Shown: one piece after another, positions 1 to 7,806 of the stretch
How positions within the stretch are numbered: position 1 is the first letter of the stretch
Layout of the letters: every line of letters begins with the position of its first letter
Assembly: GCA_048882485.1 (NCBI GenBank)
Contig: JBHLRP010000074.1
Span: forward strand, 1 to 12,051
Direction of reading: 5' to 3'
From: Candidatus Thorarchaeota archaeon
Lineage (GTDB): Archaea > Asgardarchaeota > Thorarchaeia > Thorarchaeales > Thorarchaeaceae
DNA: 12,051 nt
Notes under the pieces: generated by a model
The model's input: the letters and a program-made list of their open reading frames with translations, nothing else
What the model was told of the DNA's origin: nothing
Databases searched by the model: none
Program-made: the position numbers and the translations under genes

Positions 1-689
1 GTTGGACAGAAGACAACTGCAGCATCAGGATTGACCATCATCATGCTATCCATCTTTTCCTTTAGAACAGAGAACGATGTGTCTGAGGCTTGCCCTCGGA
101 TGCCTGCTCCACAACACATTGTCTTGTCCATATACTCCAGCGGCTCCATTCCAAGAGTTTCAACCAGCTTGTCAAGCTTTACAGGTGCTTCTGGTGAGTC
201 GACCTGCAGTATTTCTGAGGGTCTTAGGAGGTGGCATCCTGAATGGGTGACTACGCTCATACTCACAGGTTTGACAACCTTCTTGCCAATCTCTTCAGTC
301 CCAATCTTGTCATGAAACAACTGGTGAAGATGAATGATTGATGAGGTACCCTTATACTCCGTCCCAACAGCCGCCAAGTGTTCATTTGCCAGAGTCTTTC
401 TCCCTGGTTTGGTATCCATCTCGTGTTTTGCCATGGTCAATGACTCGTGACACCCTGCGCAGGCCGTAAGAATATCAAGACCCTGTTCCTCGGCCAGAGC
501 TATGTTCCTTGCTGCAAAGACTAACCAGGTTTCATCTGAGAAGGATCGCACTCCATTAGGCTCTGGACAGCATGTGAACGGTAGGTCCACAACCTCGATG
601 TCGAAATGAGGCGCAACCATTCGAATGGACTTTTCAGCAAAGGGAAGTCGATACGCCATTGTACATCCGACGAAGAACGCGTACTTCAT
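1..689 (-). CDS. hdrB: Heterodisulfide reductase subunit B (CCG-domain protein), 3' end outside the window
   Basis: Not in ORF track. ATG at 689-687 overlaps the hdrC TGA (ATGA). Hand translation is open to the window edge: MKYAFFVGCTMAYRLP...FTCCPEPNG...AARNIALAE...TACAGCHES...HSGCHLLRP...TMCCGAG...VVFCP. These are the two CCG-type Cys motifs of HdrB. Confidence 0.95.
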   Translation of the reverse strand, partial: MKYAFFVGCTMAYRLPFAEKSIRMVAPHFDIEVVDLPFTCCPEPNGVRSFSDETWLVFAARNIALAEEQGLDILTACAGCHESLTMAKHEMDTKPGRKTLANEHLAAVGTEYKGTSSIIHLHQLFHDKIGTEEIGKKVVKPVSMSVVTHSGCHLLRPSEILQVDSPEAPVKLDKLVETLGMEPLEYMDKTMCCGAGIRGQASDTSFSVLKEKMDSMMMVNPDAAVVFCP

Positions 690-1177
690 TCAGCTACAGT
701 CTCCTTTGCCAGGTTCTTCTCCAGAATTTCCATTGCACCTGTCCCCTCAAACAAAATCTTGATCTGTTCTGGGTCTGGCTTCGGAATCACTGGAAGTCCA
801 AGTTTACTTCGCTTTCTATCTACTCCGGAACTACCCGGTGCTATCGCTCCAATAGTGAAGAAGGACTCCACTGCCTGCACGATGCTCATGGGTGCCTTGC
901 CCTCTGCAGCTGACAAGTTCTTGAGTTCAATCAGAATGTCTGCCAGAGAAACTCCCATTGGACATCTTTGTTCACACATAAGGCAGTACGCACAAAGCCA
1001 TTCATTGCCTTCCTCCGTCAGCTCTCCGGTTGATACCACTGCATCAACAGCTAGTCTCGGATTAACTCCTGGTGCCACCCTGAATACTGGACAGGATGAG
1101 GAACATATGCCGCACTGAAAACATGGCTTTGCAGCTTCCCTGAGATTTTCGATGCGTTTCTGTGCTTCGTCTGTCAT
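686..1177 (-). CDS. hdrC: Heterodisulfide reductase subunit C (2x[4Fe-4S])
   Basis: CFQCGICSSSCP and WLCAYCLMCEQRCP motifs. Lies between hdrA and hdrB. SD-like AGGTGG overlaps the hdrA stop just upstream of the ATG. Confidence 0.93.
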   Translation of the reverse strand: MTDEAQKRIENLREAAKPCFQCGICSSSCPVFRVAPGVNPRLAVDAVVSTGELTEEGNEWLCAYCLMCEQRCPMGVSLADILIELKNLSAAEGKAPMSIVQAVESFFTIGAIAPGSSGVDRKRSKLGLPVIPKPDPEQIKILFEGTGAMEILEKNLAKETVAE

Positions 1178-1185
1178 CGTTCCAC

Positions 1186-3729
1186 CTACTTCTTGGACTG
1201 CTTTTTCTTTGGTTTGGTTGCTTTCTTCGTAGTCGTCTTTGGCTTCGAAGGTGCTTTCTTCTTGGTCCTCTTCTTTGCCGCAGTCTTTGGCTTTGCTTTT
1301 GGCTTGCTCTTTGGTTCTGGTGCTGGTCTTTCCTTATTGTATCTCTCAACAACATCTGTCATGTCTTGCATTATGCCTTGCCACTTCTTCCCCTCACTAG
1401 CCGAAACCCAGTCTACTCTGAAGCGTTCATCTGAAATTCCGTTTCGTTTCATCCATCTGCGGATTCTTGATTCACGCTTTGCCATCCAATGGTTTCCTGT
1501 CTGGAAATGGCAGTCTGCAGGCAAATGGCAACCAGAGTACAGGACTGCTCCAGCTCCAAGCTCGAATGCCTTTTGAGCAAATTGAACGTGGTATCGGCCA
1601 GAGCAGATTGCACGTATCACTCTTGCATTAGTGGGATACTGCATCCGTGAAACACCAGCTAGGTCTGAGCCGCGGTAGGAGCAATAGGTGCATGCAAAGG
1701 CGACTATCTTCTCTGAAGGATTCTCCTTGAGTGCCATCTCTATTTGGGCATGCAATTGCTCATTTGTGAAGTTGGGCATGTAGATGGCGTCCTCTGGACA
1801 GTCACCTGCACAGGTGCCACATGCCTGACATAGAGCGCCTACTACAGTGTGTTTTCCTGCACCATCTACCGCAATAGCCCCATATGGACACCTCTTCACA
1901 CATGTGCCACACCTAGAACACTTATCCTGCAGAATCTTTGCGCTTAGTGCCTCAATGGGGTACCGTCCCTTCTGCAGTATAATTGAAGCACGTCCTGCTG
2001 CGGCACTAGCTTGAATCACTGAGTCCCTGATGTCTTTTGGTGACTCTGCACCTCCACATATGAAGATTCCAGCCGAGCTAGTATCAACGGGTCGCAGTTT
2101 GGGATGGGATTCGATGTAAAAGGAGTCTTCAGTGCAAGATATCGGTAGTGGGAAATCTCCAGCGGTACCTTCTGCCCCCATCGACAGAATGACCATGTCA
2201 TAGTCGACCATGAGCAACTTGTTGTGTGTCGTGTCCTCAACTGCAACTCTCAGATTCTTGGTGTCGGGGTACTGTTGGATTTCTCCAACACGTCCTCGTA
2301 TGAACTTGACACCCTCTTCTCTCGCTTTGAGATATTGGTCTTCGAAATACTTGCCGTGCATCCTGAGATCCTGATAGTATATTGTGACCTCAGTGTCTGG
2401 ATAATGTTCTTTGATGAGCAAGGAGCACTTCACTGATTCCGCACAACAGTAGTTGGAGCAGCCTGTTCTAGTGGATAGGCTGCGTGAACCGACACATTGA
2501 GCAATTGCGACTGACTTCGGCTTTGAAACATCTGATGGCCTTACTAGGTGCCCCTCAGTTGGCCCAGCTGCGTTGATCAGTCTTTCGAACTCTAAAGAGG
2601 TGATGACATTGGGATATCTTCCCCATCCTAAACGTGGAATCTTATTTGGATCTGCAGGAGAAAATCCTGTTGCTAATATGATTACTCCCACCTCAAACTC
2701 AATGATCTTGCTTCTATCAGAGGGAACTATTGCCTCCTGTTCACACCTGTCTATACATTTTCCACAACGAATGAGGTCCATTCCGAGACATGCATCAGGG
2801 TTGATGAAGTAGGATGAGGGGACTGCTTGGGGGAATGGTATGCCTATGGCCTTGTTCCATGTGAGATTCTGATCTGTTCGACTAGGTACATCTACAGGGC
2901 AGACCTCGACACAATCGCCGCATGATGTGCACTTGTCGGGATCCACGTATCTAGCCCTCTGCTTCACTCGCACATTGAAATTGCCAACATACCCCGAGAT
3001 CTCATCAACCTCTGCCATTGAAATGAGATTGATGTTCGGATGCTTTGCCACATCAACCATCTTGGGTCCCAGAATGCAAATGGAACAGTCGTTCTGAGGG
3101 AAGACCTTGTCCAGAATCGCCATTATGCCCCCGATGGTAGGCTCCTTCTCGATTAAGTAGACTTTGAAGCCTGCCTCAGCCAAGTCTAGTGCAGCTTGCA
3201 TACCTGCAACTCCAGCTCCTACAATCATTGCAGCTTGTGTGACTGGAACGTCAAGTTCTGGTTGGGCTTCCAAAGTTCTTGCCTTCGCCACAGACATAGC
3301 CACGAGCTCCTTAGCTTTCAGAGTGGCATGTTCTGGCTCGTGCATATGGACCCATGAAACATGTTCGCGGATATTCGCCATTATGCAGAGATAGGGATTC
3401 AATCCTGCAGCTTTCACAGTCTTCCGAAACGTGTCCTCATGCATAGTTGGCGAACAAGAGGCCACGACCACTCGGTTTAGTCCATGCTCCTTTATGGCCT
3501 GCTGAATCTCGTTCTGTCCGGGATCTGCGCAAGTGTATCTATTAGTCTGGACAAAAACCACGTTTGGCAGAGTTTCCGCGTACTTGGCAACCTCATCTAT
3601 GTCTACAACGGCTCCGATGTTCTTCCCACAGGCACAGGGGAACACCCCTATCCTCACTTCTCCATCTGCAGAAACAATCTCTGCTTCTTCAGCAGTTTCA
3701 GTCTGGGGTTTAGGATCGCTTGTGGTCAT
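1186..3729 (-). CDS. hdrA: Heterodisulfide reductase subunit A fused to a C-terminal MvhD ([2Fe-2S]) domain, with Lys-rich tail (847 aa)
   Basis: HdrA motifs: RIGVFPCACG, VVVASCSP, FAD-binding GAGVAG, DKVFPQNDCSICIL, CTSCGDCVEVCP, LEFERL, QCVGSR..CSNYCC, CSRCGTCVKRCP and CQACGTCAGDCP. MvhD motifs at about 1330-1715: IVAFACTYCSY..DLAG, CSGR, GCHLPADCHF. Start moved from the track TTG (3750) to ATG 3729, which follows SD GGAGTGG. Confidence 0.95.
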   Translation of the reverse strand: MTTSDPKPQTETAEEAEIVSADGEVRIGVFPCACGKNIGAVVDIDEVAKYAETLPNVVFVQTNRYTCADPGQNEIQQAIKEHGLNRVVVASCSPTMHEDTFRKTVKAAGLNPYLCIMANIREHVSWVHMHEPEHATLKAKELVAMSVAKARTLEAQPELDVPVTQAAMIVGAGVAGMQAALDLAEAGFKVYLIEKEPTIGGIMAILDKVFPQNDCSICILGPKMVDVAKHPNINLISMAEVDEISGYVGNFNVRVKQRARYVDPDKCTSCGDCVEVCPVDVPSRTDQNLTWNKAIGIPFPQAVPSSYFINPDACLGMDLIRCGKCIDRCEQEAIVPSDRSKIIEFEVGVIILATGFSPADPNKIPRLGWGRYPNVITSLEFERLINAAGPTEGHLVRPSDVSKPKSVAIAQCVGSRSLSTRTGCSNYCCAESVKCSLLIKEHYPDTEVTIYYQDLRMHGKYFEDQYLKAREEGVKFIRGRVGEIQQYPDTKNLRVAVEDTTHNKLLMVDYDMVILSMGAEGTAGDFPLPISCTEDSFYIESHPKLRPVDTSSAGIFICGGAESPKDIRDSVIQASAAAGRASIILQKGRYPIEALSAKILQDKCSRCGTCVKRCPYGAIAVDGAGKHTVVGALCQACGTCAGDCPEDAIYMPNFTNEQLHAQIEMALKENPSEKIVAFACTYCSYRGSDLAGVSRMQYPTNARVIRAICSGRYHVQFAQKAFELGAGAVLYSGCHLPADCHFQTGNHWMAKRESRIRRWMKRNGISDERFRVDWVSASEGKKWQGIMQDMTDVVERYNKERPAPEPKSKPKAKPKTAAKKRTKKKAPSKPKTTTKKATKPKKKQSKK
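1189..1329 (-). repeat. Low-complexity Lys/Pro/Ala/Thr-rich C-terminal tail of HdrA-MvhD
   Basis: RPAPEPKSKPKAKPKTAAKKRTKKKAPSKPKTTTKKATKPKKKQSKK: 47 aa with 20 Lys, 2 Arg, 1 Glu and repeated KPK units. Confidence 0.9.
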
Positions 3730-3801
3730 TAATCCACTCCCTTGTTTCAAAGGAGGACAAATCTGTTGTCGCGCCTATTTCTAGTCTGGACAATTGTGAG
3801 C

Positions 3802-3809
3802 TAAATAAA
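3802..3809 (-). promoter_or_regulatory. Putative TATA box of the hdr operon
   Basis: Minus strand reads caaacTTTATTTAg about 73 nt upstream of the hdrA ATG. Confidence 0.5.
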
Positions 3810-3865
3810 GTTTGAGAATAGTAGGCAATTTCATTCAATATAGTTCAGAAACAAACGCCGTTAGG

Positions 3866-3875
3866 GATTATAATC
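3866..3875 (+). promoter_or_regulatory. Putative TATA box (palindromic GATTATAATC) for the ygbA-family gene
   Basis: TTATAA core inside a perfect 10-bp palindrome in the divergent hdrA/ygbA intergenic region. Confidence 0.35.
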
Positions 3876-3947
3876 AAGTATCAGCCCCATGTCCTGCACC
3901 CAAGACATGATAAGCCTGTACATTTGGCACTGAGGAATGACCTCGAC

Positions 3948-4271
3948 ATGACAGAGACCGCTGATGGCCCAAGAATAGCTAGAGAGAAACGCACAGTGGA
4001 GAAGATGATCAGATTCCATTGTGAACGAAAGCACAGCATAGAAGGTGGCAATCTCTGTGAGGCCTGCAATGACCTTCTTGACTACTCAATGCATAGATTA
4101 GACCACTGTCAGTTCGGCGAAGAGAAGCCGACCTGCAGAAAGTGCACTGTTCATTGCTATAAGCCATCGATGCGAGAGCAGATTCGTCAAGTGATGCGAT
4201 TCTCAGGGCCACGGCTGGCTATCAGAATGCCTTTAGATTGGATACGGCATGCTCTTGACGAGAAGGAATAA
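3948..4271 (+). CDS. ygbA: YgbA-family ('nitrous oxide-stimulated promoter') Cys-rich protein
   Basis: Family signature RIAREKRTVEKMI..C...LCEACNDLLDY...RLDHC.FGEEKPTCRKCTVHCYKP.MREQIRQVMRFSGPR. ATG 3948 preferred over the track TTG at 3924. Confidence 0.88.
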   Translation: MTETADGPRIAREKRTVEKMIRFHCERKHSIEGGNLCEACNDLLDYSMHRLDHCQFGEEKPTCRKCTVHCYKPSMREQIRQVMRFSGPRLAIRMPLDWIRHALDEKE

Positions 4272-4345
4272 TGAGGCGAGCTGGGACACCAAAACCGTAA
4301 AAAGCAGGGCTAAACGTCGAGGTTTTGTTTCAAGGAGGTAGCCAC

Positions 4346-5119
4346 ATGCCTGGTAAGGTGTGGAAATACATCACGGATAAGCTGGAGAAAGAAGGTGCTT
4401 GTCATTTCTCCCTGCTTGACCCAGACCCTCTGGCAATGAATAATGAAACAGTTGTTAAGCTTGCAAAGATTGCAGAGAGTTCTGGTTCTGATGCCATAAT
4501 GATCGGTGGCAGCACGATCTTTGGTGACATTGATGAGTCCGTTAAAGCTATAACTGATTCAGTCGATATACCCACAATTCTCTTTCCTGGTAACATTACT
4601 GGTGTCAGTGAGTATGCAGATGCTATGTTCTTCATGAGTCTTCTAAACAGCACGAATCCCTACTATCTAATTGGCGCCCAAGCTCTTGCGGCACCACGTG
4701 TCAAGTTCTCAAATATTGAACCAATTCCAATGGCCTACCTCTTGATTGAACCAGGCAAGACTGCAGCATGGGTTGGCGAAGCCAAATGCTTTCCCCGGGA
4801 CAAACCAAAACTCGTCTTGATGTATGCTCTTGCAGCTGAGCTACTTGGCTTCAAGCTGGTCTACCTTGAGGCTGGAAGTGGCGCTGAGGGCGGTGGAGTC
4901 CCTACCCAGACCATTGCTACAGTGGCACAGTATTGTGACATCCCCATAATCACGGGTGGTGGTTTCAATAATGCTGAGTCAGTCGTCAAGGCGGTCGAAG
5001 CTGGAGCATCTATAGTGGTTCAGGGAACATATCTAGAGAAACATGCTCAGGACGACAAAGGAGCTGGTTTGAAGAAGATAGTGAAGGCACTAAAGGACGC
5101 AGGTGCCAAGAAGCTGTAG
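4346..5119 (+). CDS. Geranylgeranylglyceryl phosphate synthase (group II, PcrB-like TIM barrel)
   Basis: HFSLLDPD, DAIMIGGS, PTILFPG, MSLLNS.NPYYLIGAQ, MAYLLIEPG, YLEAGSGA and GGG motifs. SD GGAGGT at 4334-4339 precedes ATG 4346. Confidence 0.95.
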   Translation: MPGKVWKYITDKLEKEGACHFSLLDPDPLAMNNETVVKLAKIAESSGSDAIMIGGSTIFGDIDESVKAITDSVDIPTILFPGNITGVSEYADAMFFMSLLNSTNPYYLIGAQALAAPRVKFSNIEPIPMAYLLIEPGKTAAWVGEAKCFPRDKPKLVLMYALAAELLGFKLVYLEAGSGAEGGGVPTQTIATVAQYCDIPIITGGGFNNAESVVKAVEAGASIVVQGTYLEKHAQDDKGAGLKKIVKALKDAGAKKL

Positions 5120-5138
5120 GATAGAGATTCGCCCTAAG

Positions 5139-5146
5139 TTTAAATA
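5139..5146 (+). promoter_or_regulatory. TATA box for the roadblock(-map) transcript
   Basis: Consensus-like TTTAAATA about 50 nt upstream of GTG 5195. SD GGAGGT at 5181-5186. Confidence 0.6.
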
Positions 5147-5194
5147 CTCCGAAGGGTTTTTTGTCGAAGAGTAACCCAAGGGAGGTCCAGCACC

Positions 5195-5593
5195 GTGTCA
5201 TCAAAGACTGAAATGCTTACTGAACTTCTTGAAGACCTAAGTCGCGCCTCCCAAGGTAATGTCCAGGCCAGTGTCATAATCTCCCGTTCTCAAGGACTAC
5301 CAATCTGCTCTCATTTTCCTCCTACAGATGATTCGGCTATGGTTCCTGAAGAGGATGTTATCGCAGGCAGGGCTATACAGATCGAGTCACAGACAATCAA
5401 GGTCTTCAAGCAGCTCAAACGGGGCCCTTTTGTAAGGATGCTCATTGAGGGTGAGTCTGGGTATGTCATTGTTTGCGACGCAGGAGAGGATGCGATACTT
5501 GCCGTCCTGACGACCAAGGGTGCAAATGTCGGTTACATGTTCTTTATGATGGCACGACACTCAAAGCGCATTGCGAACATCCTCGGTGGATAG
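5195..5593 (+). CDS. Roadblock/LC7 (MglB/LAMTOR2-like) domain protein
   Basis: 132 aa with the roadblock pattern L..L......V.ASVII....GLPI...IAG...L.RG....MLIEGESGYVIV..AGEDAILAVLT...ANVG. Strong SD and GTG start. Confidence 0.88.
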   Translation: MSSKTEMLTELLEDLSRASQGNVQASVIISRSQGLPICSHFPPTDDSAMVPEEDVIAGRAIQIESQTIKVFKQLKRGPFVRMLIEGESGYVIVCDAGEDAILAVLTTKGANVGYMFFMMARHSKRIANILGG

Positions 5594-5645
5594 GTCTTCA
5601 TTCCGTCACTCTTTTATTCGTCAGCATTGGCATCTGGAGGTGCGA

Positions 5646-6587
5646 GTGAGTAGATTGCCTGAGGAAAAAGAAGAGAAAACCGAGCAGAAAGAAGAGCCAG
5701 AGGATGAATGGGCTAAATGGCGACAAGCTGGAGTGGTTGCTCGCGAAGCTCTTGATATTGCACGACCAATGGTAAAACCCGGGACCAAGGTCTTGGACAT
5801 TGTAGAGGCGGTTGAGAATTACATCCGAGAGAAGGCCACAGGTATCTCCTTCCCATGCAACGTTGCCATCAATAACATCGCTGCGCATTATACCTCTCCT
5901 TTAGATGATGAAACCGCTATTGCTGAGGGCGATCTTGTGACCGTGGACTGTGGAGCCCACGTCGATGGATGTATATCTGACAGTGCGTTCACTATTGCTC
6001 TCAATCCAGAACACCAAAGCATAGTGAAGGCATCTGAGGATGCCACCAAAGTGGCTATCCGAATGATGCGACCAGGAGCTAAACTGAATACCATCGGGGC
6101 ATTGATTGAAGATACTATCAAGAGTGCTGGTTTTGAGCCAGTCAAACAGCTCTCAGGTCATCAATTGAATGAGTATGAACTGCATGGGGAGAAGCAAGTT
6201 CCATGTGTATCAGGCAAGTCAGAAGTGTTGGTAGAGGAAGGTGAGGTCTATGCCATTGAAACCTTTGCTAGCACAGGTTCAGGGAACGTGACAGATCTAC
6301 CAGAACCGCTGATTTTCCAAATGCTGCCAATTAGAGTTCCTGTGAGATTCAAGGGGACAAAGAGGTTTCTAGGCATTGCTCGCAAGGAGTTCAAGGAATT
6401 CCCCTTTGCTAAGAGATGGATGGCGGAAAGACTTCGAAAAGCGGACCTGGAGCTCGGCATAAGAGAACTTCAGAAGAACGGGGCTTTGATCGCTCATCAC
6501 ATTCTGACGGAAGAAGAGGGTGAAATCGTATCTCAGGCCGAGCAAACTGTCATAGTGACTGAGAATGGTGTTGAACAGACCACCTAA
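5646..6587 (+). CDS. map: Methionine aminopeptidase, type II
   Basis: FPCN..N.IAAHYT, DCGAHVDG.ISDSA, LSGH, YAIETF and QAEQT supply all five metal ligands (D,D,H,E,E). The type II helical insert is present. SD GGAGGTG at 5636-5642 points to GTG 5646 or TTG 5655, not the track start 5571. Confidence 0.93.
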   Translation: MSRLPEEKEEKTEQKEEPEDEWAKWRQAGVVAREALDIARPMVKPGTKVLDIVEAVENYIREKATGISFPCNVAINNIAAHYTSPLDDETAIAEGDLVTVDCGAHVDGCISDSAFTIALNPEHQSIVKASEDATKVAIRMMRPGAKLNTIGALIEDTIKSAGFEPVKQLSGHQLNEYELHGEKQVPCVSGKSEVLVEEGEVYAIETFASTGSGNVTDLPEPLIFQMLPIRVPVRFKGTKRFLGIARKEFKEFPFAKRWMAERLRKADLELGIRELQKNGALIAHHILTEEEGEIVSQAEQTVIVTENGVEQTT

Positions 6588-6592
6588 CGCGG

Positions 6593-6609
6593 TTTCTTGT
6601 TCTTTTCTT
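6593..6609 (+). terminator. U-rich archaeal terminator candidate after map
   Basis: tttcttgttcttttctt begins 5 nt after the map stop. Confidence 0.4.
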
Positions 6610-6775
6610 CCATCAGGAGCGAATCGATATCTGACCGACTAAATTTCCATACAATTAAAAGTCCTTTTTTCCTTCTGGATAAAAGGTGGTCCCGGGAGAC
6701 TGTCTTCTACTGCAGTGATTTTGCTATGAATTCTGGCAGGCTCTTATCCATCCTGATTGAGACGGAGGAGCAGCT

Positions 6776-7744
6776 TTGGATCGAGCGCGTGGCGATGCTC
6801 AAGAGAGGGCTAGTCATAGTAGGAGTGAATCTGAAACTCAGACATGTCCAGAGTGCGGCTCAACAGGAGTCGTAGAGGACATCACTCGGGGCGAAAGTGT
6901 CTGTGGAGGATGCGGGCTAGTTCTATCTGACCATCGAATCGATACAGGTGCCGAGTGGAGGGCATTTAGCTCTGAAGAGGCTGATGCCCGTAGTAGGGTT
7001 GGTGCACCTCTGAGGTACACCGTACATGACAAAGGTCTCTCAACAGTTATTGATTGGAGGGATCGCGACACCTCAGGGCGAAAGTTGAGTCCTACTCGAC
7101 GCTCTGAGATTTACCGCCTAAGGAAGTGGCAAATCAGGTCTCGCGTTCATAGCTCAATGGATCGGAATCTGGCACAAGCTATGTCAGAACTCGAACGACT
7201 TGCGTCTCAACTAGGTATACCGAAACCAATTCGTGAACTGGCTGCCCTATTGTACAGGAAGTCCATCATCAAGAAACTAGTGAGAGGACGATCCATCGAG
7301 GCCATGGTGGCTGCAACACTCTATGCAGCTTGTAGGATACGGAAAAAACCAAGACCGCTCGATGAGGTAGCTGACGCTTCACGTGTTGACAAGAAGAAAC
7401 TGGGGCAGTGCTACCGCCTTCTTCTACGAAGTCTTGCCATCAAGATTCCTCTTAGCAGTCCAATCGACTATATCTCCCGCTTTGCTTCTCAATTGTCACT
7501 GTCGAGTCCCGTTCAGTTGAGGACTGTTGAGATCCTTCAGCGGAGTAGGGACATAGGACTGACCATCGGGCGCGACCCATTGGGTCTCGCTGCTGCCGCA
7601 ATCTATGTGGCTTCAATCATGCTTGATGAAAGAAGAACCCAGAGAGAGATTGCAGAGGTTGCTAGGGTTACTGAAGTGACCGTTAGGAACAGGTACAAAG
7701 AGATCGTCCGCAAGCTAGGAATCGACTCTATGGCTCTAGGCTAA
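6776..7744 (+). CDS. tfb: Transcription initiation factor IIB (TFB)
   Basis: Zn ribbon CPECG...CGGCGLV, B-reader IDTGAEWRAF, two cyclin repeats (VRGRSIE, GRDPLG) and BRE-binding HTH RTQREIAEVARVTEVTVRNRYKE. TTG start with SD GGAGG at 6764-6768. Confidence 0.97.
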   Translation: MDRARGDAQERASHSRSESETQTCPECGSTGVVEDITRGESVCGGCGLVLSDHRIDTGAEWRAFSSEEADARSRVGAPLRYTVHDKGLSTVIDWRDRDTSGRKLSPTRRSEIYRLRKWQIRSRVHSSMDRNLAQAMSELERLASQLGIPKPIRELAALLYRKSIIKKLVRGRSIEAMVAATLYAACRIRKKPRPLDEVADASRVDKKKLGQCYRLLLRSLAIKIPLSSPIDYISRFASQLSLSSPVQLRTVEILQRSRDIGLTIGRDPLGLAAAAIYVASIMLDERRTQREIAEVARVTEVTVRNRYKEIVRKLGIDSMALG

Positions 7745-7806
7745 TTCCAACTAGTATCAATAATTCTGTGGCTCACCCAAGTCTAGATCTGATCTGGGCT
7801 AGAGAA

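Noticed and set aside
686-688. hdrC TGA as possible selenocysteine read-through
   Set aside because: HdrC is complete, and the TGA is explained by ATGA coupling to hdrB in another frame.
31-3784. The many + strand ORFs over the hdr operon, including the hydrophobic 1162-1434 and 1193-1576, and the - strand out-of-frame ORFs 1062-1355 and 2016-2246
   Set aside because: Shadows of well-supported hdr genes. The Phe/Leu-rich appearance is just the antisense of the Lys-rich tail codons.
4271-4300. 9-aa ORF MRRAGTPKP overlapping the ygbA stop (TAATG)
   Set aside because: Too short and featureless, and best read as a tandem stop. It shows that TAATG alone is weak evidence. The get3-linked sORF is kept because of its TM pattern and gap filling.
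4290-4327. 7-bp inverted repeat CAAAACC...GGTTTTG before GGGP synthase
   Set aside because: Short arms with a 24-nt spacer are compatible with chance.
6597-6875. ORF overlapping the tfb start in another frame
   Set aside because: No motif or SD, and it overlaps the conserved TFB Zn ribbon.
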